DNA of 40,637 nt from positions 1 to 40,637 of the forward strand of contig JBBQRQ010000044.1 of assembly GCA_038214755.1 (NCBI GenBank), written 5' to 3'. Below are positions 1 through 9,284 of the stretch, one piece after another. The stretch is from Verrucomicrobiota bacterium (GTDB lineage: Bacteria; Verrucomicrobiota; Verrucomicrobiia; Limisphaerales; CANJXF01). The notes beneath the pieces were generated by a model. It was given only the letters and a program-made list of their open reading frames with translations, did no database searches and was not told where the DNA came from. The position numbers and the translations under genes were made by a program. Within the stretch, counting starts at the first letter, position 1. Every line of letters begins with the position of its first letter.

Positions 1-227
1 CCTTCCCCCCTGGGCGGCCAAGGGGCCGGGATCCTCGCAACCAACAGCGCAAACGGTTCCATGTTTTCTGAGAGATACATTGAATTTTCCTCAGCCGGTA
101 AACCGCCTGAGAGGGGTCACGATGTACCGGGGCTGTTCCGGGAAAATTCAATTGCGCCACGAGGGGGACTGGTCGTAATTTCCAACTGGGTTGCAGCAGC
201 AATCCCATCCCCATCGCACTCGTGTTT

Positions 228-1685
228 ATGAAGTCTGAAAATAAAAAAACCTCTTCCAAATCAGCGGCCCAACCGGCCAAAAAAATATCGCCGTCCGAAA
301 AAATCACCGCGCCAGATGAAACTAAAAATAAGTCCGCAAAAATTCTCTCCAAAAGTTCTGCTCCCAAAACGTCGAAAATAAAATCGATCCCGGTCGAGCC
401 GATGAAAGCGGAGCCGCCCCTGTTGGAAACCGCCGCGACCATCGTGAAAAAAGTGGCCAAGCGCGTCGCCCGCGCCACAAAAATAATCAAAGCCGCCGTG
501 GCCGAAGCGGCGCCCGCTGCCAAAGAAATTACCCGCACCGTTCGGAAAGCCGCTTTGGAGATTCCCCCAATCCTTCTCGAAAAAGATTCGACCGCCACCC
601 CTTCGCCCAGCGGTCCCGGCCAGCGTTATTCCCTCGGTCCGACTGCGCCCGCCGAACATTTGTCCGGCGAAGGCGAGTTGCCGGAAGCTTACGGAACAAA
701 GAGGCTTCTGCTGACCGCGCGCGATCCGCACTGGCTCTACGCGCATTGGGATTTCACCGACGCGCAACTGCGCAAATACAACGCGCTGTCCCGCGACGGC
801 CATTTGATTTTGCGGATTTACAAAAATAAAATTGCGAGCGAACCACACTCGCAAATCCATGTCCATCGCGACTCGCGCAACTGGTTCGTGCCGGTCGAAG
901 AAGCGGGAACCCAATACATGGCCGAACTCGGCTATGACAACGAGAACGGCGATTGGAATCGCATTTCCGTTTCGCGCGCGACGATGACTCCGCCCGACTC
1001 GTTGTCCGAAGATGTGACGGTTCGTTTCGCGACGATTCCGGTGGATGTGCCGTTTGACGAATTGATCAAGATCGTCAAAGCCGTGGTGAGCGAAAATATT
1101 CCTTTGGCCGAAGCGATTATGCAATTGCGGGGCCACGGTTTTAAGAATTTGCCCGCGCCCAGCGAATTTGCTTCGGCGAAATGGACATCGGCGCAGGAAC
1201 GAGCGCTCGGCTCTATCATCACAATGGATTCGGTGCGGCGCGTCTGGATCGGTTCGCTGGAGATTACGGAATTGATTCGCCAACAACTCGTCCAGGAAAT
1301 TTCATCGGCGGGCGCCGCGCAATTTTCTTTGCCGAGTTCGATTTCTGTTTCGAGCTTGTCCAGTCCGTTTGGCGGAAAGAAAAAACAAAAAGGTTTTTGG
1401 TTCAACGTGAATGCCGAGTTGATTATTTACGGCGCGACCGAACCCGACGCGAAAGTGGAAATCGGCGGACGCAAAATCCCACTTCGCCCCGACGGCACAT
1501 TCAGCTTTCGTTTTATTTTGCCCGATGGAAATTACGATCTGCCCGCGCAAGCCACTTCCGCCGATGGCGACGACACGCGCAGCGCGCATCTGAAATTCAG
1601 CCGGAAAACAAATTACAGCGGAGAAGTCGGCGCACATCCGCAGGATTCGCGGATGAAAAAACCGGAAGCGGCGAATCTGGTGTAG
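228..1685 (+). CDS. DUF4912 domain-containing protein with K/A/P-rich low-complexity N-terminus
   Basis: Motifs ELPEAYG..RLLLTARDPHWLYAHWD and FWFNVNAELIIYGATEPDA..LRPDGTFSFRF. This family usually lies next to GH57 genes. ATG 228 chosen over GTG 222. Confidence 0.85.
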   Translation: MKSENKKTSSKSAAQPAKKISPSEKITAPDETKNKSAKILSKSSAPKTSKIKSIPVEPMKAEPPLLETAATIVKKVAKRVARATKIIKAAVAEAAPAAKEITRTVRKAALEIPPILLEKDSTATPSPSGPGQRYSLGPTAPAEHLSGEGELPEAYGTKRLLLTARDPHWLYAHWDFTDAQLRKYNALSRDGHLILRIYKNKIASEPHSQIHVHRDSRNWFVPVEEAGTQYMAELGYDNENGDWNRISVSRATMTPPDSLSEDVTVRFATIPVDVPFDELIKIVKAVVSENIPLAEAIMQLRGHGFKNLPAPSEFASAKWTSAQERALGSIITMDSVRRVWIGSLEITELIRQQLVQEISSAGAAQFSLPSSISVSSLSSPFGGKKKQKGFWFNVNAELIIYGATEPDAKVEIGGRKIPLRPDGTFSFRFILPDGNYDLPAQATSADGDDTRSAHLKFSRKTNYSGEVGAHPQDSRMKKPEAANLV

Positions 1686-1691
1686 ATCGGT

Positions 1692-2189
1692 ATGCTCAAC
1701 GAGGAAACATTTGCCGCGCCGTGGAATCGGGTGCTCAAGCTGATGACGATCTTCTGTGTCATCATTTGCGCCGGCGTTTTCTCCATTGGAATTGTTTCTC
1801 TGCGCCATGCTCCAGCCTTTGCGAAAGTCAGCGCGATTTTCATTCCGCTCCTCATTCTCCTCGGTGGAGCGATTTTTATGGTTCGAGGCTACACGTTAAG
1901 TAATGGCAGGTTGATTATTCGTCGTCTCGGCTGGTCGTCGGTGGTCGATCTTACTTCGCTTATCTCCGCGACGCCCGATCCTTCGGCGATGGATCGCTCG
2001 ATTCGACTGATGGGCAATGGCGGCTTGTTTGCCTTCACCGGTTTATTTCGCAACCGCAAATTGGAAAACTTTCGCGTCTTCGGCACGGACCCACGACGTT
2101 CGGTAGTTCTGCGTTTCCCGAACAAGACTGTTGTCGTCACACCGGACAACCCCGAAAAATTTGCGGCGGAAATCGCCAAAGCCAAATGA
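1692..2189 (+). CDS. Bacterial PH-domain membrane protein
   Basis: Two N-terminal TM helices, then RLMGNGGLFAFTGLF and C-terminal VVVTPDNPEKF. Confidence 0.75.
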   Translation: MLNEETFAAPWNRVLKLMTIFCVIICAGVFSIGIVSLRHAPAFAKVSAIFIPLLILLGGAIFMVRGYTLSNGRLIIRRLGWSSVVDLTSLISATPDPSAMDRSIRLMGNGGLFAFTGLFRNRKLENFRVFGTDPRRSVVLRFPNKTVVVTPDNPEKFAAEIAKAK

Positions 2190-2416
2190 ACCCCTACACG
2201 AAAGCAGCGTCCTTCGTCATTCGCTTGATCGCTTTCGGTTTCATTTTGTTCGGCGCGCTGCCACTGGGCGCAAATTATTTTGCCCATCGTCAACACAAGC
2301 CGAGCGCCGGAATTTTTTGGATCGCGCTGGAAATTCTTTCTCTCTTGCTCGGCTTGGTTCTCCTCTTTAAAAGCGGCGCGCTGGCAAAAAAATTGACCGA
2401 AGATTTGGAGGAATGA
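2186..2416 (+). CDS. Small two-TM hypothetical membrane protein
   Basis: ATGA overlap with the upstream gene. Two hydrophobic segments. Confidence 0.65.
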   Translation: MNPYTKAASFVIRLIAFGFILFGALPLGANYFAHRQHKPSAGIFWIALEILSLLLGLVLLFKSGALAKKLTEDLEE

Positions 2417-2460
2417 AACTTTCGCTTGAGACGCGCCGAGCGATGAGACACCGTTGAATC

Positions 2461-2658
2461 ATGAGCACCGAAATCGCCGTTACTCTCGACAACGAACTAC
2501 TGGTCAAGCTGGATAGCTTCATCAAAAGAGAACTTTTTCCCAATCGCGACTCCGCCATTCAATCAGCGGTGAAAGAGAAGTTGGCGCGATTAGAAAATAG
2601 ACGGTTGGAAGAGAGTCGCTTTCTCCGCACCGAAACTTACCGCGCTGCGAGCGCTTGA
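2461..2658 (+). CDS. CopG/ribbon-helix-helix antitoxin-like protein, C-terminus probably replaced
   Basis: MSTEIAVTLDNELLVKLDSFI...FPNRDSAIQSAVKEKL fits the RHH pattern. The tail after LENRRL looks non-homologous. Confidence 0.65.
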   Translation: MSTEIAVTLDNELLVKLDSFIKRELFPNRDSAIQSAVKEKLARLENRRLEESRFLRTETYRAASA

Positions 2659-2766
2659 AGCCTTACAAAAACATCTTCAATGGGACGCAGACAAAGCGGC
2701 GAAATGGATGGCTATCGCGCGTGAGGGACAGCGTTAAGCGGCATGATTCATTTCGACACGAATTTT
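2612..2766 (+). pseudogene. Remnant of a second antitoxin C-terminus plus the first codons of a PIN/VapC toxin
   Basis: An alternative frame reads RVAFSAPKLTALRALEALQKHLQWDADKAAKWMAIAREGQR* (TAA 2735-2737). ATG 2743 then gives MIHFDTNF, resembling a PIN-domain first strand. Confidence 0.4.
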
Positions 2767-2772
2767 TACATT

Positions 2773-2985
2773 ATGACTGCAATTCAAGTTAAGAAGGCCT
2801 ACTCGGAATTACCGGAAACGGAACAGGTGTTGGTGGCGTCATTTATCGCCGCCGACCTGATGGCGAAGGATTCTCAATTCGCGGCGAAACTATCTCGACG
2901 TCATCAGGAAATAGACGTGGGTTATAAACACACTCATACCGAATTGTTAGAGCTTCATGACAAAATGGAAAAAGAGGGGCTTTGA
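2773..2985 (+). CDS. Putative antitoxin (small helical protein)
   Basis: 70-aa ORF directly abutting a RelE-like gene. Confidence 0.55.
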   Translation: MTAIQVKKAYSELPETEQVLVASFIAADLMAKDSQFAAKLSRRHQEIDVGYKHTHTELLELHDKMEKEGL

Positions 2986-3246
2986 TTGTATCAACCGGTT
3001 TATAATGCGGATGCGTTGCACCAAATCCTTTCCTTGCGCCCGCTCGCGAGGCGTCGGATGATTATTTCCCAAATCGAAAAGCTTGCCAACGATCCATACA
3101 CCAACGGCGATTATGAAGTGGCCGATGCAACCGGGCGGAAGAATCAAGTTCAGGTGTTACACGGCTTCGCCATCACGTTCTGGGCGGATCACGCGGTGAA
3201 GGAACTTCGGATTGTGGATGTGACTCGTTTTGGCCGCCGCTTTTAA
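2986..3246 (+). CDS. RelE/ParE-like toxin (putative)
   Basis: 86 aa with a beta-helix-helix-beta pattern (IISQIEKLANDP...FAITFWADHAVKELRIVDV). Follows a small partner gene. Confidence 0.55.
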   Translation: MYQPVYNADALHQILSLRPLARRRMIISQIEKLANDPYTNGDYEVADATGRKNQVQVLHGFAITFWADHAVKELRIVDVTRFGRRF

Positions 3247-3258
3247 CAGAACTTCTAG

Positions 3259-4836
3259 ATGAGCCAAGGTTATCTTTCCCTCGTTCTTCACGCCCACCTG
3301 CCGTTCGTTCGGCATCCGGAACACGAAAAGTTTCTCGAAGAAAACTGGTTGTTCGAAGCGATCACGGAAACTTACGTCCCGCTGATTCAAAAAATGGACG
3401 GCTGGCTGCGCGACGGAATGGAGACGCGCCTCACGCTCACGCTTTCGCCGACGCTTTGCTCAATGCTGCTCGACCCGCTTTTGCAGGAACGTTATTTGCG
3501 ACATCTCGACGGCTTGATCGAACTCGCCGAAAAAGAAATTCATCGCACGCATTGGGAGCGGAGCATCCATCAACTCGCCTGGATGTATCACCATCGGTTT
3601 ACGACGGTGCGCGATACTTATTTTGCTTACGGAAAAAATCTCGTCGGCGCATTTAGAAAATTTCAGGAGCAGGGAAAACTTGAAATCATCACCACCGCCG
3701 CGACGCACGCGCTCTTGCCATTGATGGCCGATCATCCGCAATCCATTCGCGCGCAAATTCTCGTCGCGCGCGATCATTACCGAAGGTGCTTCGGCTGCGA
3801 CCCGCGCGGCATCTGGCTGCCGGAATGCGCTTACGTCGATGGAGTGGAAAATTTTTTGCAGGAAGCGAACATCCGCTGGTTCATCATCGACACGCACGGA
3901 ATTCTCCATGCGAAACCGCGTCCGCGCTACGGCGTGTTCGCGCCGATTTTTACGCCGAACGGTCTGGCCGCATTCGGGCGCGACCTCGATTCCGCGCGCC
4001 AGGTTTGGAGTCGCGAAGAAGGTTATCCCGGCGACGTTCATTATCGCGATTTCTACCGCGACATTGGTTTCGATCTCGATTTCGATTATATCAAGCCGTA
4101 TTTGCCATCGCCGGAGTTTCGCGGCTTCACCGGAATTAAATATCACAAAATCACCGGCGGAAATTTGGAGAAGTTGCCGTATGACCGCGACGCCGCGCTT
4201 GGAAAAGCGGCTGAGCACGCGCAACATTTTCTCAATGCGCGCGTCGCGCAGATTCAAAATCTTGCAGGGCTGATGGGACGCGAGCCGCTCATTCTTTCGC
4301 CCTACGACGCCGAACTATTCGGCCATTGGTGGTATGAAGGAATTGAGTTTCTCGACTACTTCGTGCGCAAGGCCTATTACGATCAAAAAGTTTTTTCACT
4401 CACCACGCCCAACGAATATTTGCGCCGTTTTCCCACGCAACAAGTCGCCACGCCCAGCGCGTCGAGCTGGGGTGAAGGCGGTCATTGGCGCGTCTGGCTC
4501 AACGAAACCAACGAATGGATTCACCCGCATCTCCACGTCGCCCAGGAACGGATGACGAACCTCGCGCGCAAGTTTCAAAATGCGACCGGCCTGAAAGAGC
4601 GCGCACTCAAACAAGCCGCGCGTGAACTTCTCCTCGCGCAATCGAGCGACTGGCCATTTATTTTGCGCACCGGCACGAGCCCCGATTACGCCAGCAAGCG
4701 GGTCAAAGATCATTTGCTCCGTTTCATTTTCTTGCACGAACAGTTGACCACGACGAAAATCGACGAACCGTGGCTCACCAAAATCGAAGCGATGGACAAT
4801 ATTTTTCCTGAGGTGAATTATCGCTACTGGGCGTGA
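3259..4836 (+). CDS. GH57 family 1,4-alpha-glucan branching enzyme (DUF1957 C-terminal domain)
   Basis: LVLHAHLPFVRHP, EAITETYVPL, GIWLPECAY (nucleophile Glu), PYDAELFGHWWYEG (acid/base Asp), ELLLAQSSDWPF. Confidence 0.95.
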   Translation: MSQGYLSLVLHAHLPFVRHPEHEKFLEENWLFEAITETYVPLIQKMDGWLRDGMETRLTLTLSPTLCSMLLDPLLQERYLRHLDGLIELAEKEIHRTHWERSIHQLAWMYHHRFTTVRDTYFAYGKNLVGAFRKFQEQGKLEIITTAATHALLPLMADHPQSIRAQILVARDHYRRCFGCDPRGIWLPECAYVDGVENFLQEANIRWFIIDTHGILHAKPRPRYGVFAPIFTPNGLAAFGRDLDSARQVWSREEGYPGDVHYRDFYRDIGFDLDFDYIKPYLPSPEFRGFTGIKYHKITGGNLEKLPYDRDAALGKAAEHAQHFLNARVAQIQNLAGLMGREPLILSPYDAELFGHWWYEGIEFLDYFVRKAYYDQKVFSLTTPNEYLRRFPTQQVATPSASSWGEGGHWRVWLNETNEWIHPHLHVAQERMTNLARKFQNATGLKERALKQAARELLLAQSSDWPFILRTGTSPDYASKRVKDHLLRFIFLHEQLTTTKIDEPWLTKIEAMDNIFPEVNYRYWA

Positions 4837-4837
4837 C

Positions 4838-4958
4838 GTAGGGCGGACATTCTTGTCCGCCGGTTCGCGGTGCTTTCCAGCACCGCGTGCGCACGTGAAG
4901 AAGTTTTCCACTGGCGACTGGAAAGTCGCCTCACCGGCAGGCTGAAAGCCTGCCCTCC
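4838..4958. repeat. REP/REPIN-like cluster of four hairpins starting with GTAG
   Basis: GTAG then GGCGGACA-ttct-TGTCCGCC; CGCGGTGCT-ttcc-AGCACCGCG; GGCGACT-ggaa-AGTCGCC; GGCAGGCT-gaa-AGCCTGCC. Confidence 0.75.
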
Positions 4959-4990
4959 GTTGCGCGCCCTCCCTTCAGACACTTTGAAGA

Positions 4991-5025
4991 TTGAGCAAAC
5001 ACTTTTTCGCGTTTATCTTTTGCTC
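4991..5025 (+). promoter_or_regulatory. Sigma70-type promoter for hicBA, leaderless geometry
   Basis: TTGAGC-17nt-TATCTT-6nt-ATG(5026). No Shine-Dalgarno. Confidence 0.6.
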
Positions 5026-5235
5026 ATGGATTTATCGATCACAGCTCAGGTTCATCGCGATGGAAAATGGTTCGTCGCCTTCTGCCCGGAATTCCCCGAA
5101 GCCAATGGGCAAGGCGAAACTCAAAAAGAATGTTTGAAAAGTTTAAGGGCCGCCATCGATCTGCTTTTGGAAGATCGGCGCGAAGATGCGAAAACCAAAC
5201 TGCCGCGGGGCGCGGAATTGGTTGAACTTTCGTGA
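5026..5235 (+). CDS. hicB: HicB family antitoxin (short form without DNA-binding domain)
   Basis: WFVAFCPEFPEANGQGET.KECLKSLRAAIDLLLE. ATG 5026; the longer ORF extension is translated repeat DNA. Confidence 0.85.
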   Translation: MDLSITAQVHRDGKWFVAFCPEFPEANGQGETQKECLKSLRAAIDLLLEDRREDAKTKLPRGAELVELS

Positions 5236-5417
5236 AACGACGAGAACTCATTCGTCATTTGGAAGCCAACGGTTGCCCATTCAAACGAGAAGGTGGTTCT
5301 CATACCATTTATTGGAATCCAAAAACCGGACGACGCGAACCAATTCCGCGTCATTCGGAAATTCCAAATTTGTTGGCTCGCAAAATTTGCCGCGTTCTCG
5401 AAATTCCCGAGCTGTAA
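5232..5417 (+). CDS. hicA: HicA family mRNase toxin
   Basis: MKRRELIRHLEANG...REGGSHTIY...IPRHSEI...RKICRVL. GTGA overlap with hicB. Confidence 0.9.
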   Translation: MKRRELIRHLEANGCPFKREGGSHTIYWNPKTGRREPIPRHSEIPNLLARKICRVLEIPEL

Positions 5418-5459
5418 AATCTCTTTGCGCCGTTTCATCTTTGCACGAAATTCTCCGGT

Positions 5460-7082
5460 ATGCCGTTGACTGACCAAGTCCGAAAAAAACTTTCCGACCT
5501 TTCACACAAACCGGGCATTTACTTGATGAAAGACCGGTTTGGGACGGTCATTTACGTCGGGAAGGCGCGCGACCTGCGCAAGCGCGTCAGCCAATATTTT
5601 CATCCGTCGCGCCGCCAGGGCTGGGACATAAAATTCCGCGCGCTCGTCGATGCCATTCACGATCTGGATGTGCATCTGGTGCGAAACGAACCTGAGGCGA
5701 TGCTGCTCGAAGGCAAATTGATCAAGGAATTTCATCCGCGTTACAACGTCAGTTTTCGCGACGACAAACGTTTTCTCCTGCTCAAAATAAATCTCAACGA
5801 TCCGATTCCGCGTTTCACTTTGACGCGACTTAAAACCGAAGACAGCGCGAAATATTTCGGGCCATTCGCCAACTCCGGCGCGTTGCGCAACACGCTTTCG
5901 CTGGTGCGGCGGAAATTTAATCTGCGCGGCTGCCGTCCGCTCACCCCGAACGAAAGCGATTACAAACATTGTCTCTACGCCAATCTAAAATTTTGCACCG
6001 CGCCGTGCATCGCCAATGTTTCCCGCGAACAATATCTGCAGCAGGTGATGGCTGCGGTCGAGTTTCTCGAAGGGCAAACCGGCGAGTTTGAAAAACAAAT
6101 TGAAGATGAAATGAAGAAGGCCGCGCTGGCGCAGGACTTTGAAAAAGCAGCGCAACTCCGCGACGCTCTCGATGACCTTCGGCGCACAACAAAAAAAACG
6201 AATCCGTTCAAGCGATTGCCTTACACGCTGCCGATGGCGATTGAACCGCGGCGAGATTTGGAAGAACTCGCGCAAGTGCTCCATCTTTCCGCGCCGCCTC
6301 AACGCATCGAAGGTTTTGATATTTCAAACATCAGCGGGACGTTCGCCGTCGCGTCCCTGGTCAGTTTTTTCCAAGGACGCCCGGACCGTTCCAATTATCG
6401 CCGGTTTAAAATGAAAACGGTGACGGGCCAGGATGATTTTGCCTGCATGGCGGAGACGGTGCGGAGGCGGTATGCGCGGGTGCTAAGGGAAAATGAAAGT
6501 GGGAAAGTGGGAAAGTGGGAAAGTGAGACCATTTCCGAAGTCGCGCGCTCACTTTCTCACCCGCCCACTTTCCCACCTGCTCTCCCCGACCTCATCCTGA
6601 TCGACGGTGGCAAGGGACAACTCAATGCCGCGTGCGCGGAACTCGCCAAGCTCGGCTTGAGTGAGATTCCAATCATTGGTCTCGCGAAAGAGTTTGAGGA
6701 AATTTATCGGCCCGGCGAAAGCGAGCCGCTGCGATTGTCTCACGATTCCGGCGCGCTGAAATTATTGCAACGCGTGCGCGATGAGTCGCATCGTTTCGCC
6801 AACACTTACAACGCGAAGCTTCGTTTGAAGAAAATCTCCGAAAGTATTTTGGACGAGTTCCCCGGCATTGGCGGTAACCGCAAAGCGGCGTTGTTAAAGA
6901 AATTTGGTTCCGTGCAACGACTTCGTTTGGCTTCCATCGAACAGATCGCTGAAGTTTCCGGCTTCGGCGGAAAAGCGGCCGCTGACTTGAAAACGTTTTT
7001 AGCAGCGCGGTCCTTATTGCCCGAAAACGAAGGAAATCGTGGAATCACAGTGCTCCCCGAAACCACCGGTGGATCCGGATGA
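5460..7082 (+). CDS. uvrC: Excinuclease ABC subunit C
   Basis: GIY-YIG N-terminus (PGIYLMKD..IYVGKA.DLRKRV), UVR domain (FEKAAQLRD), RIEGFDISN, PDLILIDGGKGQL, RVRDESHRFA, C-terminal HhH. Confidence 0.97.
   Translation: MPLTDQVRKKLSDLSHKPGIYLMKDRFGTVIYVGKARDLRKRVSQYFHPSRRQGWDIKFRALVDAIHDLDVHLVRNEPEAMLLEGKLIKEFHPRYNVSFRDDKRFLLLKINLNDPIPRFTLTRLKTEDSAKYFGPFANSGALRNTLSLVRRKFNLRGCRPLTPNESDYKHCLYANLKFCTAPCIANVSREQYLQQVMAAVEFLEGQTGEFEKQIEDEMKKAALAQDFEKAAQLRDALDDLRRTTKKTNPFKRLPYTLPMAIEPRRDLEELAQVLHLSAPPQRIEGFDISNISGTFAVASLVSFFQGRPDRSNYRRFKMKTVTGQDDFACMAETVRRRYARVLRENESGKVGKWESETISEVARSLSHPPTFPPALPDLILIDGGKGQLNAACAELAKLGLSEIPIIGLAKEFEEIYRPGESEPLRLSHDSGALKLLQRVRDESHRFANTYNAKLRLKKISESILDEFPGIGGNRKAALLKKFGSVQRLRLASIEQIAEVSGFGGKAAADLKTFLAARSLLPENEGNRGITVLPETTGGSG
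6495..6581. repeat. Inverted 8-mer tandem repeat element inserted in-frame in uvrC
   Basis: (GAAAGTGG)x3 + GAAAGTGA at 6495-6526, then CTCACTTT CTCACCCG CCCACTTT CCCACCTG at 6548-6579. Confidence 0.75.
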
Positions 7083-7213
7083 ACGCAAATAAACCAACGG
7101 TTTGAAAGTCGAATGATCTTTGGCTCGTATTGACGGAGTGATGACTTGCTTCGATGAAATGGGAAGTTCCTCTTGCGCGTCCCATCTGCGCTTATCTGGG
7201 TCCATCTGCGGTT
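7061..7213. repeat. Inverted 10-mer-periodic repeat element overlapping the uvrC stop
   Basis: AACCACCGGT GGATCCGGAT GAACGCAAAT (7061-7090) versus the reverse complement of 7184-7213, AACCGCAGAT GGACCCAGAT AAGCGCAGAT. Confidence 0.65.
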
Positions 7214-7267
7214 CCTCAACTGAATACTTACGGCTGATACATTTCTCCTTCACAACTGGCGAAAAGA

Positions 7268-9226
7268 TCACTGCGTTTTTGGCGCGGGCATCTTTTCGCC
7301 GAGCCTGATGTATTGCCAAATCGCGTCAATCTGTTTCTCGCCGTTGCCGTCGCAGACATCGGTCAACGGACTTTTTCCTTCTTCGTCAAAATACACCGGC
7401 ATTTTTGTGGTGGGATCAATCAGCGGGGGATTGCGCAGCCAGCGTTTGAAAAAGCCGGGCAACAATCGTTCGCCACTGGAGGCGAGATTGATTCCGGGCG
7501 CTTCGAAAACCTGCGTCGCGCTCACGCTGCCCACGGAGTGACACGAGACGCAGGAAAATCCCAGTGGCGGAACGGAAATAAGTTTCCGCCCGATCTCCGC
7601 CACCGCCAGATCGACGGGGTTTTCCGCGATCGTGCGCGAAGAAAATCCCTGCTGATGCGCGAGTCCTTCGGCCAAAAGCGGGGCGCGGTTTGCGAACGCC
7701 GGCATTTGCGAATCCAGCCACGGGCGCGGTTTGTCGGAAACCTCTCCGGCGATAAATTTCGACGCCCATTCTGGTTTCAATTTTCCGCCGAGAATTTCAA
7801 AGGGCGGAATGCCTTCGATTTTTCCGTGACACTCGGAGCAGTTCAACCCGCGCGATTGACGTTCGGCGAATTCGACGGGGACATGGCGGGTCAAAGAGGC
7901 GTGGTCTGTCGCGGCGAAAGTTTGCAAGGCGTCATGTTCTTCAACCGAGAAATCAAACCAAGGCGCTTTGGAATTTTCGTTGCGCTTCTCCGCCAGACAG
8001 CCCGCCTTCCAATTGGAAATTTGCGCCAACGCTTTTGTCGTAAACTGATTCTCCAGTTTCAACGAGTGGCAATTCAAACAGCCGGAGGTTTGCAGCAATT
8101 TTTTCCCGCGCTCGATCGTGTTTTTGTCCGCCGGAACAGAAATTTCTTTTAGCTTTTCGCTTGTTGAAAAAAGGAATGCGGTGATTTGTTCGCGTTGCTC
8201 ATCGGTTAATTTAAAGCGGGGCATTCGAATCCAGGAATAATGCGCGTTGGGCTGCTTTAAAAATTCAGCGAGCGCGGCGGCGGGAAATTTTTCGCGAACA
8301 TTTTTCAGCGAAACTTTTTTTGGATCGGTTTCCGAAGACCCCGGGCCGTTGTGGCAGGCGATGCAGTGCAGGGTTTCAAACAATTTTTTCCCGGTCTCGA
8401 TTTGGTCAGCGGCAATTTCTTTCACGGCCGTTTTCAGCGCGTCAATTTTTAGGGAAGCGAGAAATGCGGCGATGGTTACCGCATTTGTTTTCCCAGAGTC
8501 ACCCGAAAATATTTTCGGCATCTGCGCCGTGACGCGCAAAGCTTTCGGATGCGCAATCCAACGCGCCATCCATTCCAAATTTCGTCGCGAGCCAATTTCT
8601 TCCAACGAAGGCGCGTCCATCGCGAGTTCCGGCATTCCAGATTCGGCGGCGACGTGGCATTTCGCGCAACGATGTTCGACAAATAATTCGCGACCGAGCC
8701 GCAGTTTTTTTCCTGTGTTTTCCTCGCTCGAAACAATGTGAGTCAAGGCCGCCGACGGAATGGGTTGGACAAAACTCTCTTTCGGTTTCCACAGCACGCG
8801 AACAAAAGCGTCGCCGTTCGCAGGACTGGAAAACGTCGCGGAAAAGTCGTTCGTTCCCTTATTCAAACGCAGCGGCTTGCTCAATTCGGAAATAGAATTT
8901 GTTCCCGAAATATCGAGCGCGGTCTGTCCGTTGACTTCCAGTTTCAACGCGCCGTTGAGTTCGGCTTGAAACGCATACTCGCCGCGCAAATCCACTTTGA
9001 TCAAACCCTCCCAAACTGAAGTAAATTTTCCAGCGGGTAAAAATGGACTGGGGGATTGCCCACTCGGAACGTAAAGCCAAACGTTGGGCGTCTCGGTGAC
9101 ATCGACGTTGGGTGAAGCACCGGGAGTTTTGTAGGTCGCTTTTAATCCCGGCGTGCCGCTGGCGTTCTCGGCGAGACCATCAAAGGAAATCATCGCAACA
9201 ACAAGTGGCAAAACAACTCGACGCAT
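7268..9226 (-). CDS. Secreted multiheme cytochrome c (5 CxxCH) with N-terminal PA14-like domain
   Basis: Signal peptide; FTSVWEGLI..GEYAF PA14-like segment; CAKCH, CIACH, CLNCH, CSECH, CVSCH; several MP distal-ligand motifs. Confidence 0.85.
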   Translation of the reverse strand: MRRVVLPLVVAMISFDGLAENASGTPGLKATYKTPGASPNVDVTETPNVWLYVPSGQSPSPFLPAGKFTSVWEGLIKVDLRGEYAFQAELNGALKLEVNGQTALDISGTNSISELSKPLRLNKGTNDFSATFSSPANGDAFVRVLWKPKESFVQPIPSAALTHIVSSEENTGKKLRLGRELFVEHRCAKCHVAAESGMPELAMDAPSLEEIGSRRNLEWMARWIAHPKALRVTAQMPKIFSGDSGKTNAVTIAAFLASLKIDALKTAVKEIAADQIETGKKLFETLHCIACHNGPGSSETDPKKVSLKNVREKFPAAALAEFLKQPNAHYSWIRMPRFKLTDEQREQITAFLFSTSEKLKEISVPADKNTIERGKKLLQTSGCLNCHSLKLENQFTTKALAQISNWKAGCLAEKRNENSKAPWFDFSVEEHDALQTFAATDHASLTRHVPVEFAERQSRGLNCSECHGKIEGIPPFEILGGKLKPEWASKFIAGEVSDKPRPWLDSQMPAFANRAPLLAEGLAHQQGFSSRTIAENPVDLAVAEIGRKLISVPPLGFSCVSCHSVGSVSATQVFEAPGINLASSGERLLPGFFKRWLRNPPLIDPTTKMPVYFDEEGKSPLTDVCDGNGEKQIDAIWQYIRLGEKMPAPKTQ

Positions 9227-9284
9227 TTTTCTATTCGTTGGTTTTTATTTTTTTTTCAGGCGCGTTGGCCTATCAATCATGTGA

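Noticed and set aside
4870..5025. N-terminal extension of HicB
   Set aside because: It translates the REP cluster. Promoter geometry supports ATG 5026.
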